From contig OY740796.1 in NCBI GenBank assembly GCA_963514005.1, forward strand, positions 36,208,001 through 36,272,000: a DNA stretch of 64,000 nucleotides. The letters run 5' to 3'. Source of the stretch: Raja brachyura. Lineage: Eukaryota. Shown one piece after another: positions 52,010 through 62,853 of the stretch (its first letter is position 1; the number at the start of each line of letters is the position of its first letter). The notes beneath the pieces are model-generated. The model saw only the letters and a program-made list of their open reading frames with translations, did not search any database and was not told the origin of the DNA. A program made the translations under genes and the position numbers.

Positions 52010-52934
52010 CGACTGCACCTCCACAGACACCTCTGTTAAGCTTCTCAAGTTTGCGAACGACACAACCCTGATTGGACTGATCCAGGATGGGGAGGAATCT
52101 GCCTACAGACAGGAAGTGTCACAGCTGCCGTCCTGGTGCCGTAGCAACAACCTAGAGCTCAATGCTCTTAACACAGTGGAATTGATTGTCGACTTTAGTA
52201 GAGCTCCCCCTCCCCACACCCCACTCACCATCAACAACACCACAGTCACATCTGTGGAGTCTTTTAAGTTCCTGGGAACCATCATCTCCAAGGACCTTAA
52301 GTGGGGCGTACCATCGACTCCACAGTCAAAAAGGCACAATAGAGGATGTACTCCCTACGGCAGCTGAGGAAGCACAATCTGCCACAGGCAATGATGGTCC
52401 AATTCTACATGGCAAACGTAGAGTCTATTCTCACCTTCTCCATCATGGTCTGGTTTGGCTTAGCCACCAAGCTCGACACCTGGAGGCTGCAGCGAATTGT
52501 CCGATCAGCAGAGAAGGTTATTTGCTGCAACCTTCCCTCCATTGATGGACTGTACACTGCATGGGCCATGAAGCGAGCGGGCAAGATCATCTCTGACCCC
52601 TCTCATCCTGGCCACAAACTCTTTGAATCACTTCCCTCTGGAAGGCGACTCCGGATTGCCAAAGCTGCCACAGCCAGACATAAAAACAATTTTTATCTAC
52701 GAATAGTTGCTCTACTCAACTGCCAAAAATCTGTAGCCTCCCTTTGATCTGGCATATTGTTGGTCCACATGCTTGATCTATGGTGTTTTATTATTAATGT
52801 TTTATTATTATTAATGTTTAGTGTTTTCTGAGTCATTCGTAACTGTCAGTGTATGTCATGTTGTTACTTGTGGGCGGAGCACCAAGGCAAATTCCATTGT
52901 ATGTGAATACTTGGCGAATAAACTTACTTACTTG
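52010..52934 (+). mobile_element. Rex1/Babar LINE in a BSN intron (antisense to the gene)
   Basis: KFANDTT, WCRSNNLELN, FKFLGTIISKDLKW, LPSGRRLR; tail aataaa(ctta)n. Confidence 0.92.
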
Positions 52935-53386
52935 CGATTGTCAAATGCCATGGTTTTTTCTAATATCTACGACAAAAAAGTGTTAAGATTTAGCTATTGT
53001 TAATGTAATCCATTTGCACTGAGGATGCTTCATAGAGTCATACAGGACAGAAACAGGTTATTCGGCTCAACTCGTCCATGCCGACCAAGATGCTCAATCA
53101 AAGCTAGTCCCACCTGCCCGCATTTGGTCCGTATCCCTCTAATCTTTTCCTTTCCATGTACCTGTCCAAGTGTCTGAAGGAGATTGGTGAGCAAGTGGCT
53201 ATGGAACCAATAAAGTGAATAACATTGGATTGTGATCTCTGGGATCTCCTGGACTAACAGAATTGGAACAGGAATAAAGAATATATGAACACTCTATACG
53301 CTGCAGTCACTTAAAGTGAGATAGCTAAAATGCCTTAATGTATAACAAATACCAATACCAAAAATCACCAATGCTGGGGTTAGGTG

Positions 53387-53740
53387 TTAGCTAACATTGG
53401 AGAATTCAAAACTCATATTGGTATGCTGTAAGCTACCCAAACGGAATACAAGGTGCTGTTTCTGCAGTTTAGGGTAGGCCTCACTCTGGAGGAGGCCCTG
53501 GACATAAATGCAGATATGGATCTGGGAGGAGGAGGTAAAATGGTTAGCAACTGGGAGATCCGGCAGGCCTTGGTTGACCGAGCACAAATATTCAACAAAA
53601 TTTGTCACCTAGTCTAAAGTTGGTCTCGCCAAAGTAAAGGAGTCCACATTGGGAGTACTGCATACAATAGATTAGGTTAGGAAATGTGCACGTGCAGCTC
53701 TGCCTCACCAGGATGGGCTCTGGGGTCCCTAGATGGAGAT
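53387..53740 (-). mobile_element. Penelope-like GIY-YIG endonuclease remnant
   Basis: NLIYCMQYSQCGLLYFGETNFRLGD...PDLPVANHF...KLQKQHLVFRLGSLQ. Confidence 0.8.
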
Positions 53741-55586
53741 GAAACATAGAAACATAGAAAATAGGTGCAGGAGTAGGCCATTCGGCCCTTTGAGCCTGCA
53801 CCGCCATTCAATATGATCATGGCTGATCATCCAACTCAGTATCCTGTACCTGTCTTCTCTCCATACTCCCTGATCCCTTTATCCACGAGGGCCACATCTA
53901 ACTCCCTCTTAAATATAGCCAATGGCCTCAACGACCTTCTGTGGCAGAGAATTTCACAGATTCACCATTCTCTGTGTGAAAAATGATTGTCTCAGCTCGG
54001 TCCTAACAGACTTCCCCCTTATCCTAAAACTGTGACCCCTTGTTCTGGACTTCCCCAACATCAGGAACCATCTTCCTGCATCTAGCCTGTCCAACCCCTT
54101 AAGAATTTTGTACGTCTCTATAAGATCCCCCCTCAATCTTCTAAATTCCAGTGAGTACAAACCGAGTCTATCCAGTCTTTCTTCATATGGAAGTCCTTCC
54201 ATCCCAGGAATCAGTCTGGTGAACCTCCTCTGTACTCCCTCTATAGCAAGAATGTCTTTGCTCAGATTAGGAGACCAAAACTGTACGCAATACTCCAGGT
54301 GTGGCCTCACTAAGACCCTGCACAAGTGCAGTAGAACCTCCCTGCTCTTGTACTCAAATCCTTTTGCTATGAATGCCAACATACCATTTGCTTTCTTCAC
54401 TGCCTGCTGCACCTGCATGCCTACTTTCTCCCTTATCCACACTACTAGTTATATCCTCGAAAAATTCTATAAGATTCGTCAGACATGATTTACCTTTCAT
54501 AAATCCATGCTGACTTTGTCCAATGTTTTCACCACTTTCCAAATGTGCTGCTATCCCATCTTTAATAACTGACTCTAGCAGTTTCCCCACTACCGATGTT
54601 AGACTAACTGGTCTGTAATTCCCCGTTTTCTTTCTCCCTCCCTCTTTAAAAAAGTGGGGTTACATTAGCTACCCTCCAATCCTCAGGAACTACTCCAGAA
54701 TCGAAGGAATTTTGAAAAATTATCACTAATGCATCCACTATTTCTGTGGCTACCTCCTTGAGTACTCTGGGATGCAGACTATCTGGCCCTGGGGATTTAT
54801 CAGCCTTCAATCCGTTCAATTTACCCAACACCACCTCCCGGCTAACCTGGATTTCACTCAGTTCCTCCATCTTATTTGACCCCCGTTCCGCTATTTCCGG
54901 CAGATTATTTATGTCTTCCTTAGTGAAGACAGAACCAAAGTAGTTATTCAATTGGTCTTGTTCCCCATGATCAATTCACCTGTTTCTGATTGCAAGGGAC
55001 CAACATTTGTTTTAACTAGTCTCTTTCTCTTCACATATCTATAAAAACTTTTGCAGTCAGTTTTTATGTTCCCTGCCAGTTTCCTTTCATAATCTATTTT
55101 CCCTTTCCTAATTAAGCCCTTTGTCCTCCTCTGCTGGATTCTGAATTTCTCCCAGTCCTCCGGTAGGCTGCTTTTTCTGGCAAATTTGTATACCTCATCT
55201 TTTGTTTTTATACTATCCCTGATTTCCCTTGTTATTCATGGATGCACCACCTTCCCCGATTTATTCTTTTGCCAAACTGGTATGAACAATTTTTGTACTT
55301 CATCCATGCAGTCTTTAAATACCTTCCATTGCACATCCACTGTCAACCCTTTAAGAATCACCTGCCAGTCTATCTTGGCCAATTCACATCTCATACCTTC
55401 AAAGTTACCTTTGTTCAAGTTCAGAACCCTTGTTTCTGACTTAATTTTGTCACTCTCCATCCTAATGAAGAATTCAACCATATTATGGTCATTCTTGCCC
55501 AAGGGGCCACGCACAACAAGACTGCTAACTAACCCTTCCTCATTACTCAATACCCAGTCTAGAATAGCCTGCTCTCTCGTTGGTTC
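53741..55586 (-). mobile_element. CR1 LINE with part of the APE domain and linker, RT core deleted near 54428
   Basis: PLGKNDHNMVEF (APE end), KSPGPDSLHPRVLKE, QHGFMKGKSCLTNL, then a direct jump to VGMQVQQAVKKAN; tail (aaacatag)n. Confidence 0.93.
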
Positions 55587-55609
55587 ATGTGCGGACAGGT
55601 CAAATAGAC

Positions 55610-56465
55610 ATGTGCGGACAGGACGTCAAAGGACAAAGCTAAGAAGCCGAGACCAAGATGCCGAACGTACATTACGCTGAAAAGCCAAGATACTGAATGG
55701 ACATTATGCCGAAAGGACACGAAGCCGAAAGGATACAAAGCCAAACGGACACGATGCCGAATGGACAAGACGCCGAATGGACATGACGTCATAAAGCAAT
55801 GACATCGAAACGGGCATGGCGCCGAACGGACATGACGTCTCCTGGGACAGGATTGGTCCGACACCTTGTCGTTTATCGACAAAGGTTAGCGATTGGTCCA
55901 GATCCCTGCTTCCATCACATCACTGGCCGGGGGGGGGGGGACGGGAGGGTGGGGGGGAGCTTGAACTTGCGTTAGTAAAATGGTGGCAGTGACTCCAAGC
56001 TGTTGCAATTGCCACAGAGGCAGTGGTGTGATGGACGCGGGGGTCTGGACCAATCGCTGACCTTTATCAATAACTGACAAGGTGTCAGACCAATCCCGTC
56101 CCCGGATGTGTACAAGGTACAACAATTTAACTATTTTGAAATGTAACAATGTACAACAATTATTGCAGCAAAGATAGATGTTTTAAAAGTGTTTCATACC
56201 TATTTATCATTTCGGCTTCATGTCCGTTCGGTGTCATACATTTTCTACCATGTCTGTTCGACGTAATTTCCTATCAGCGTCGTGTCCTTTCGGTGCCATG
56301 TCCGTTTGGCTTCGTGCCCTTTCGGCGCCAAGTTCGTTTGGCTTCGTGTCCTTTTGGTGTCGTGTCCGTTCGGCATCTCGGCTTTTCGACGTGATGTCCG
56401 TTTGGCATCTTGGCTTCGGCTTCTTGGCTTCAACTTCTCGTCTTTCAGCGTCCCGTCCAGGTACC
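55610..56465. mobile_element. Mutator/Foldback-like MITE with tandem-repeat TIRs and 9-bp TSD
   Basis: Left arm of about 16-bp units (gccgaa.ggacacga.) mirrored by right-arm units (tcgtgtcc.ttcggc); flanks caaatagac 55601-55609 / caaatcgac 56466-56474. Confidence 0.75.
55840..56106. mobile_element. Second small MITE (TIRs of about 88 bp) nested inside the fold-back element
   Basis: gggacaggattggtccgacaccttgtc...ccatcacatcactg (55841-55928) is the reverse complement of 56019-56105. Confidence 0.7.
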
Positions 56466-56789
56466 CAAATCGACTGCTTTGTAATCAGTCTATCACCATC
56501 GTAACTTCAACCACACTCTGACATAGATATTTCCTTTCTCCTATCCACCCGTCAACCTCTGTCCAATTAAAACTCATTTGTTTCCTCATCTTTCCAGTTC
56601 CAAAAAAAAGATTATCTGACTGAAGCATTAATTCAGATTCTGCCTGACCTGCACATTTTTGTATTTTCATTACACTGCCCATTTTCTCCATTAGGAATCT
56701 AAAATGTTGATTCTTTCCTGACCATTGACAACTTTTTTCTGTCCAGAAATTAGGTGATTTAACTACGGTCCTGGTGTCAGTGTACATAC

Positions 56790-56865
56790 CTGGTACATTA
56801 GTAGCTCTTTGCGGTGCAGCGGCTTGTTTTACTGTGGGCTTTGCAGTCGTTTGATCCATTTTTGC
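56790..56865 (-). CDS. BSN: Bassoon, third-last coding exon (AKMDQTTAKPTVKQAAAPQRATNVP-G)
   Basis: Acceptor tcatttaacag|GCA, donor CCAG|gtatgt; 76 nt (phase 0 to phase 1), splicing in frame to the next exon. Position and A/P/Q/K composition correspond to the human Bassoon segment before G|VKAG. Confidence 0.75.
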
Positions 56866-57409
56866 CTGTTAAATGAAGCAAGAATTAATGAGCATTAGAA
56901 ATTAGTATCTGAAAAATGAACGGTCACTTATATTGCGACTTACACAAACTGAGGGTACCGCAAACCTATTTGCAACTAATGCATTACCTTTCTAAATCAT
57001 AGACATAATGTTAAAATATAGCAATAAGATAGCCAATTTACATACAGCAAGATCTCCCAAACAAGGTAATGGCCAGTTAACCTGTATTAAAGAAACTGGT
57101 TGAAGGTTAAATGTTAGTCATGAGACAAGAGGAAATCTCCTGCTTTTTTGTTGGATTCATTCAAGGTATTGTTTAAATTCACAAATTAAATTTGTATTGC
57201 TAAATACACTGTTGAAAGGGTCAGATGGTTTACATTATTTCTAAAAGGCAACACTTCAGATACTGCAGCACATCCTGAGCTTTGCACTGGAGGATCAGTT
57301 TGGATTTTAAAGTCAGACTTGAATCCAAGATCCATTGCGACCTCCATCATTCAAGCCACCCATGAAAATCTCATCAGTCTGTAAGTAATAAAGCTTGTTT
57401 AAATGTACT

Positions 57410-57850
57410 ATAATCATAAGGTCATAAGCAGAATTAGGCCATCCAGTCTACTCTGCCATTCAATCATGGCTGATCTATCTCTCCCGTCTAACCCCATACT
57501 CCTGCCTTCTCCCCATAACCCGATACCCATACTAATCAAGAATTTATCTATCTCTGCCGTAAATATATCCATTGACTTGTCCTTCATAGCCTTCTGTGGC
57601 AAAGAAGTCCACAGATTCACCACCCTCGGACTAAAGAAATTCCTGCTCATCTCCTTCCTAAAGGAATGTCTAATTCTGAGGTTATGACCTCTGGTCCTAG
57701 ACTAGTGGAAACATCCTCTCCACGTCCATTCTATCCGAGCCTTTCACTATTCTGTACGTTTCAATGAGGTTCATTGAGGTACATTCTTGTAAACCCTCTC
57801 TGGACCCTGTCCAGAGCCAGCACATCCTTCCTCATATATGGTGCCCGAAA
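57410..57850 (-). mobile_element. CR1 3' fragment
   Basis: RNFFSPRVVNLWTSLP motif; CR1 tail. Confidence 0.85.
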
Positions 57851-58999
57851 TGTCTGTGATTCTGCAGTAAAGAAGTTAAGCAAAACATCAATTAACCTTT
57901 TACTCAGACTCCGTTCCCTTTTCCGAACAATTTTGGGTAAAATAACAAATTTTCCTCACCCTGTAGATTGGATAAGCAGCACCTTTCTTTTGCCTGAGAG
58001 AGCAAGGGTACACCAACACAGTTGCGATAAATTGTATGGGATTCTGTGTTGTCATTCTCAAATGTAGAAGGAACTACGGTAATTAAAATTCACAGTGAGA
58101 TTTTGTCTGGTGTTGCATGGAATCTCTTCACCATTTTTCACTCTGCAACCTTAGCTGCTCATGAAAAAAAAGGACGGAGCTCCAAACAGCCCTCGCATAC
58201 GATTTCTTATTGTGAAATGAGGGAACAAATCATGAGGTGAACTGATGACAAGATGAAACAATTTACACTAATTACTACACACAGGTTTCTATCTGGAGTG
58301 TACTTCTGCAGCTATGACTGGATAGAGTTGACAGCATAACTGTGGCTACCTTTAGTGCACCAACATCAACATCTTCTCGAGCAGCACCATGGCACTAATT
58401 ACATTCAGGTTTACACTGATGGACAGGGTGCAGCATTTATATGCCTGACACCACATTACTTAAACCCATTATTTCACTCTCTGTCACAAAAGATTACTAT
58501 GTGGACAGAGGAAACGAGTTAAGAATATTCTCAAAGCTTCAATGGAAAACGGAAACATTCCCACCAACTTGTGGGACTCATTGGAGTTTAGAATGGAGAA
58601 GAAACACTTGGGATTAACAACTTTGGGCTTTTATTATAGGTCGAGCACACAGTTGTCTTGTACAATTGGTAAAAAAGTACACAACCTCCAAAATTACTCA
58701 CAGATCTAGCCTGCCGTGGGACCTCCTGTCCCAACTGTTTTAGAGCCCACAGGTCCCTCATTGGCATCATCAGCCACGGCAGAACCCACAGAACGAGAGT
58801 GGGAGTCATTCCATGGGACTGCCTAAAGAGGCAGCTATGTTTCAGATCAATTTAATTGAACTTAAATGTGCGATGCCTACAGAAATAATCTGTGATAATT
58901 TTATTATCTCTATTATTCAGAAGGCTCAGAAGAGGATTGATTGATTTCCCATCAAATGTTTTGATGTAAGATGGTTGATTGGAAATTGTGTAAAGTCAC

Positions 59000-59290
59000 A
59001 GAAGGGTGATTTAAGGTGATGGGTGAGGGGGGGGGGGGGGAAGACTTAATAGAAACCTGAAGGGCAGCATTTGTTTTCACACAAAGAGTGCTGGGTTTAG
59101 GAACAAGCTGCCAGAGAAGGTTTTTGAGGCAGGTACTATTACAATGTTTAAAAGACATTTGGACAGGAATATGGATCAGATGGGTTTTGAAGGATATGAG
59201 CCAAATGCAGGCAGGTGCGACTAGTGGGGCATATTGGTCAGCATGGGCAAGTTGGGCTAACGGCCTGTGTCCACGCTGTCTGACAGTTAA
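59000..59290 (+). mobile_element. CR1 3' end
   Basis: ttttcacacaaagagtg...ggaacaagctgccagag...ggcctgtgtccacgctgt tail. Confidence 0.75.
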
Positions 59291-59369
59291 AGGGTAAATG
59301 GGTTTCAATATTCTATTCCATTTTTACACCCAGAATTACAGAGATCCTTTGAATAGATAGATGAGATCC

Positions 59370-59848
59370 TTAATCTATTGCATCCGCAGCTCTAGATGTT
59401 AGCTGATCTACATCAGTGAGACCAAGCGTAGGCTTGGCGATCGTTTCGCCGAACACCTCAGCTCGGTCCGCATTAACCAACCTGACCTCCCGGTGGCTCA
59501 GCACTTCAACTCCCCCACCCATTCCGTATCCGACCTCTCTGTCCTGGGCCTCCTCCATGGCCAGAGTGAGCAACACCGGAAATTGGAGAAACAGCACCTC
59601 ATATTCCGCTTGGGCAGTCTGCATCCCGGTGGTAAACATTGCATTCTCGCAATTTCGTCAGCCCTTGCTGTCTCCTCCCCTTCCTAGCTCTCCCTTGGCC
59701 ATTGGGCTCCTCCTTTTTCCTTTCTTCTCCCTGCCCCCCCACCCTCCATCAGTCTGAAGAAGGGTTTTGGCCCGAAACGTTGCCCATTTCCTTTGCTCCA
59801 TAGATGCTGCTGCACCCGCTGAGTTTCTCCAGCACTTTTGTCTACCTC
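59370..59848 (+). mobile_element. Penelope-like element 3' end: GIY-YIG endonuclease C-terminus plus pLTR
   Basis: IYCIRSSRC*LIYISETKRRLGDRFAEH...PVAQHFNSPTHS...RKLEKQHLIFRLGSLHPGG, followed by a pyrimidine tract and cagtctgaagaagggttttggcccgaaacgtt. Confidence 0.88.
59754..59782 (+). ncRNA. Minimal hammerhead-ribozyme-like motif of the Penelope pLTR
   Basis: CUGAAGA-A-GGGU(UUUG)GCCC-GAAAC-GUU: catalytic-core order and stem II present; stem I is weak. Confidence 0.5.
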
Positions 59849-61299
59849 CAGTATTTAATGATAATCTGGTAGACCTGGTGAAGAATTAAACTCAAAATGT
59901 TAAACCATCTTGTCTTTTTCACATACTGACAACCTGCTTGACAGCTTATCATTCATCCTTTAGATTCTACATATCAGAATTATTTTTCCTGGAAATTCAG
60001 GTGCTCTAGAATAATACACTTTTTTTTTTTCATGGATGCAGTCAGCCCAATAATCACTCAACTATGTGCATTTATTAATTTTATTTTTCAATTCATCGAG
60101 CAGTGAAATTATTCTTTGACCTTGCAGAACAAATGTAGGATCATGTAAAGGCTGAGGTTTTATTAAAAGCCACTGATTTAGTGATTCAGAAAACTCTTTG
60201 TGTGTCAATGCCTTGGGGTGAATTAGTCAGAGAACAGCCTTATGTTGTGTCATCTATTCAGTTATCCATGCTGTAATATAAAATGCACCTTTATCTTACA
60301 AAGAAAGAGTGAGGAAAATGACTGTACAGTACCGTGTCAACAATTCAAATGCAAATATCAGGTGCCGCATTTGTCTGTAACCCTTTAGTTGGCTAAACGG
60401 TTTTCTTTTGCACTTTGCTTTCACAAAAGTGACATCTTCATTTAGTTTTGAGTGCAAAGCTGTTGGGACTACACAAATTTCACAATGTATTTAGTTCACA
60501 GGAGAGCAATAAAATAGCGTACACATGTTGCATACTTTTGTAATGCAATACGTGTCTCACATATACAGGTGCTCTGAAACAAATATTCAATAATTGAGTT
60601 ATCTGTGAGGTCTATGTTCAGAGTGGATGCATAGTTTATTCATGAGGAACTTTAATATTTAAAATATTGATAGGAACGCTGATGACATAACCTGGATCTT
60701 GCAAAGATCTAGACTCAGCTAGGAGGTAGAGATACCAGTCTTTTTCGGATAATGTTTACTTGTCTCTTACAAAATCTGCAAATGTGCAGTTGCACCTGAA
60801 ACTGGGGGGAAATTTATCTGTGATGTAGATGAAGAATTAGGATTACCAGGTCAATTAAGTAAGTTTTAAGGAATATCTTAAAAGATAAATGTAAGGAAGA
60901 GGCACAGAGGATCTTATGGGAAAGAATGCCATGTTTGCATCAGACACAATTATCAATCGTGAATGATTAAAATTGAGGTTGGTAATAATCAACTTTGGAT
61001 AGCTGCAGAGATTTCAGGGGCAGCAGCATGACAGCAATTTAGATTACAAGAATAAGGGAGAAGCAAGACAAGGATGGATCTAAAAACAAAAGTCAAAACA
61101 GTTAATAATTTAGACACCGTTCAAAAATATGCCAATACATATACTCAACACTGCTGTGATGGATCAACGTAGTAAGTTAGAATAAGGACAACATGAATTT
61201 GTTCAGCTTAAGTTTATGAAGGATAAAAGATGGGAGTCAAGGTGAGAATACATTGGGACGGTCATATTTAGAGATGTAATCCCAAACAGTGGCTATATT

Positions 61300-62853
61300 T
61301 AGCGATGTTACAAAACTTACCTTCAGCGGCGCTGCAGTTCTGCCACTGGCCGTGTGCACGACTTTGGCGCCTTTGAGGGGGGGGGGGGGGGGGGGCGGGA
61401 TTAAAATCCAGTTTTCTACCGCCTGTCCGAGGCGGATTTCCTCGGGCTGCTAGCTGATGCAGAAAAATTGTTCCGACTTCCATTCCCAATTTTTTTTTTT
61501 TAATCACAAGACAATTTCTTAATTATATTAAAATAAAAAGCGACTTCTAACGCCGTCAATGCCTACAACGTGACGGATCTCAAGTACGGGATAAAACACG
61601 GTGTAAGTCGTCTATTTTACATATAAACCTGTTTCTTGGGATGACTTTAATCAATCTTCTATAAGCGAAAATGTGATTTGGGCTCCATATGAACCAGCAG
61701 TATTTTTCCTGCCGATATGGGGTTCAAATTCACCGCAAATGCAACGTTCCAATCGAATGCGTTCCAGAAGCAAGATGATTAAAATGCCCATTTTTTTTGG
61801 AGATAAGCCATCTAAATTGTCTATATTTTGCCTTATTCTCTCTCCCCATGATCATTATTTTTAAACTAAATATTAACAACAGTTTGTGTCACATGTATTG
61901 TGCAAAAAACAATAATTTGATTATATTTTGGGTGGATGTTTCTAGATTAATTTATGGGAATTAAACATTAAATTCCTTCCATCTGGGATATAAATTCATG
62001 ACAGTGAGATTTAAAAATCATGTTATATTGTGAAATCTTGTGTGAATGGGATTAGTTTGTTATTTGGATACTTAGGCTATTAAATAAAATTATCTTTTTC
62101 TTGAGAAATGGAATCTACAGGACATTGTTAATGGGAAAGTAGTGGGCAGAAAGGCATGTCATGTGTGGTTTGAAGAGCAAAAACGTGTAGTTTACAATAC
62201 CAAAATTGAAAAGTTGAGGAAAAACAAGGTGTACAGAGTTGCTTATTGGTTACAATCTGAGGAGTATGATGATGCTACTGATTATGATATGCCAATGTAC
62301 CAGCTAGCAACTGATCTTCTTCATAAAGACTTGGTCTATTGCTAGAAATTGTAATTTATTTACCTATCTGTTAAGGATTTGCATCATATAATACAATAAT
62401 ATTAAAGTTCTGATCTTGAGAATATCGCATTTTTGAATTTTCAAGGCAGTCTGGGTGTTTATTACTATTTCTGTCACAACGGTAAATTTTGTGATTAACT
62501 ACAATTAGGTAATTAACTAATTATATGCTTTAATTTCAGGTCATCCAAGTAAGATGTTTTATATTTGTTTCAGAATGCTTCAATCTATAATAACTGAAAG
62601 ATTCATTCAGTTCTCTTGATTTTTAAGAAAGTCATGGGCTTTTGACTGTCCTCGATAACAGCTTTTGTGTTCAGTCAATGGAAAAGCAATTTCTAGAAGA
62701 TGCTAATTTCCGACTATGTAAATGGCCATAACTTTTTTAATACTGAAGTTATATAGATGTGGATTAGGTGTGAAATTAAACTTTTTATGCTTTATCTGAT
62801 GGCATAAATTGCAGACTTGATTTTTTAAAGCTCAAAATTTTGTAACACTGCTA
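61300..62853 (+). mobile_element. TIR DNA transposon, copy 2 (1554 bp, TAG..CTA ends, 7-bp TSD) in a BSN intron
   Basis: TIRs TAGCGATGTTACAAAA / TTTTGTAACACTGCTA; TSD ctatatt at 61293-61299 and 62854-62860; homologous to 7725-8775. Confidence 0.92.
62121..62345 (+). pseudogene. Coding remnant inside the transposon; Spin/Ssty (Spindlin Tudor)-like C-terminal domain
   Basis: Open frame DIVNGKVVGRKACHVWFEEQKRVVYNTKIEKLRKNKVYRVAYWLQSEEYDDATDYDMPMYQLATDLLHKDLVYC*; similarity judged by eye only. Confidence 0.5.

Noticed and set aside
55610-56465. CRISPR-like look of the short repeated units
   Set aside because: Units are contiguous and degenerate with no unique spacers, are mirrored as TIRs, have no cas genes nearby, and the context is a vertebrate genome.
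50177-56865. Calling the gene Piccolo (PCLO)
   Set aside because: The exon after ...GKLTEG ends in FGRKLTSFW*, the Bassoon terminus; no continuing PDZ or C2 exons were found.
58381-58400. REST/RE1 silencer (cagcaccatgg) in a BSN intron
   Set aside because: Only the left half matches; the GGACAG-containing right half is absent.
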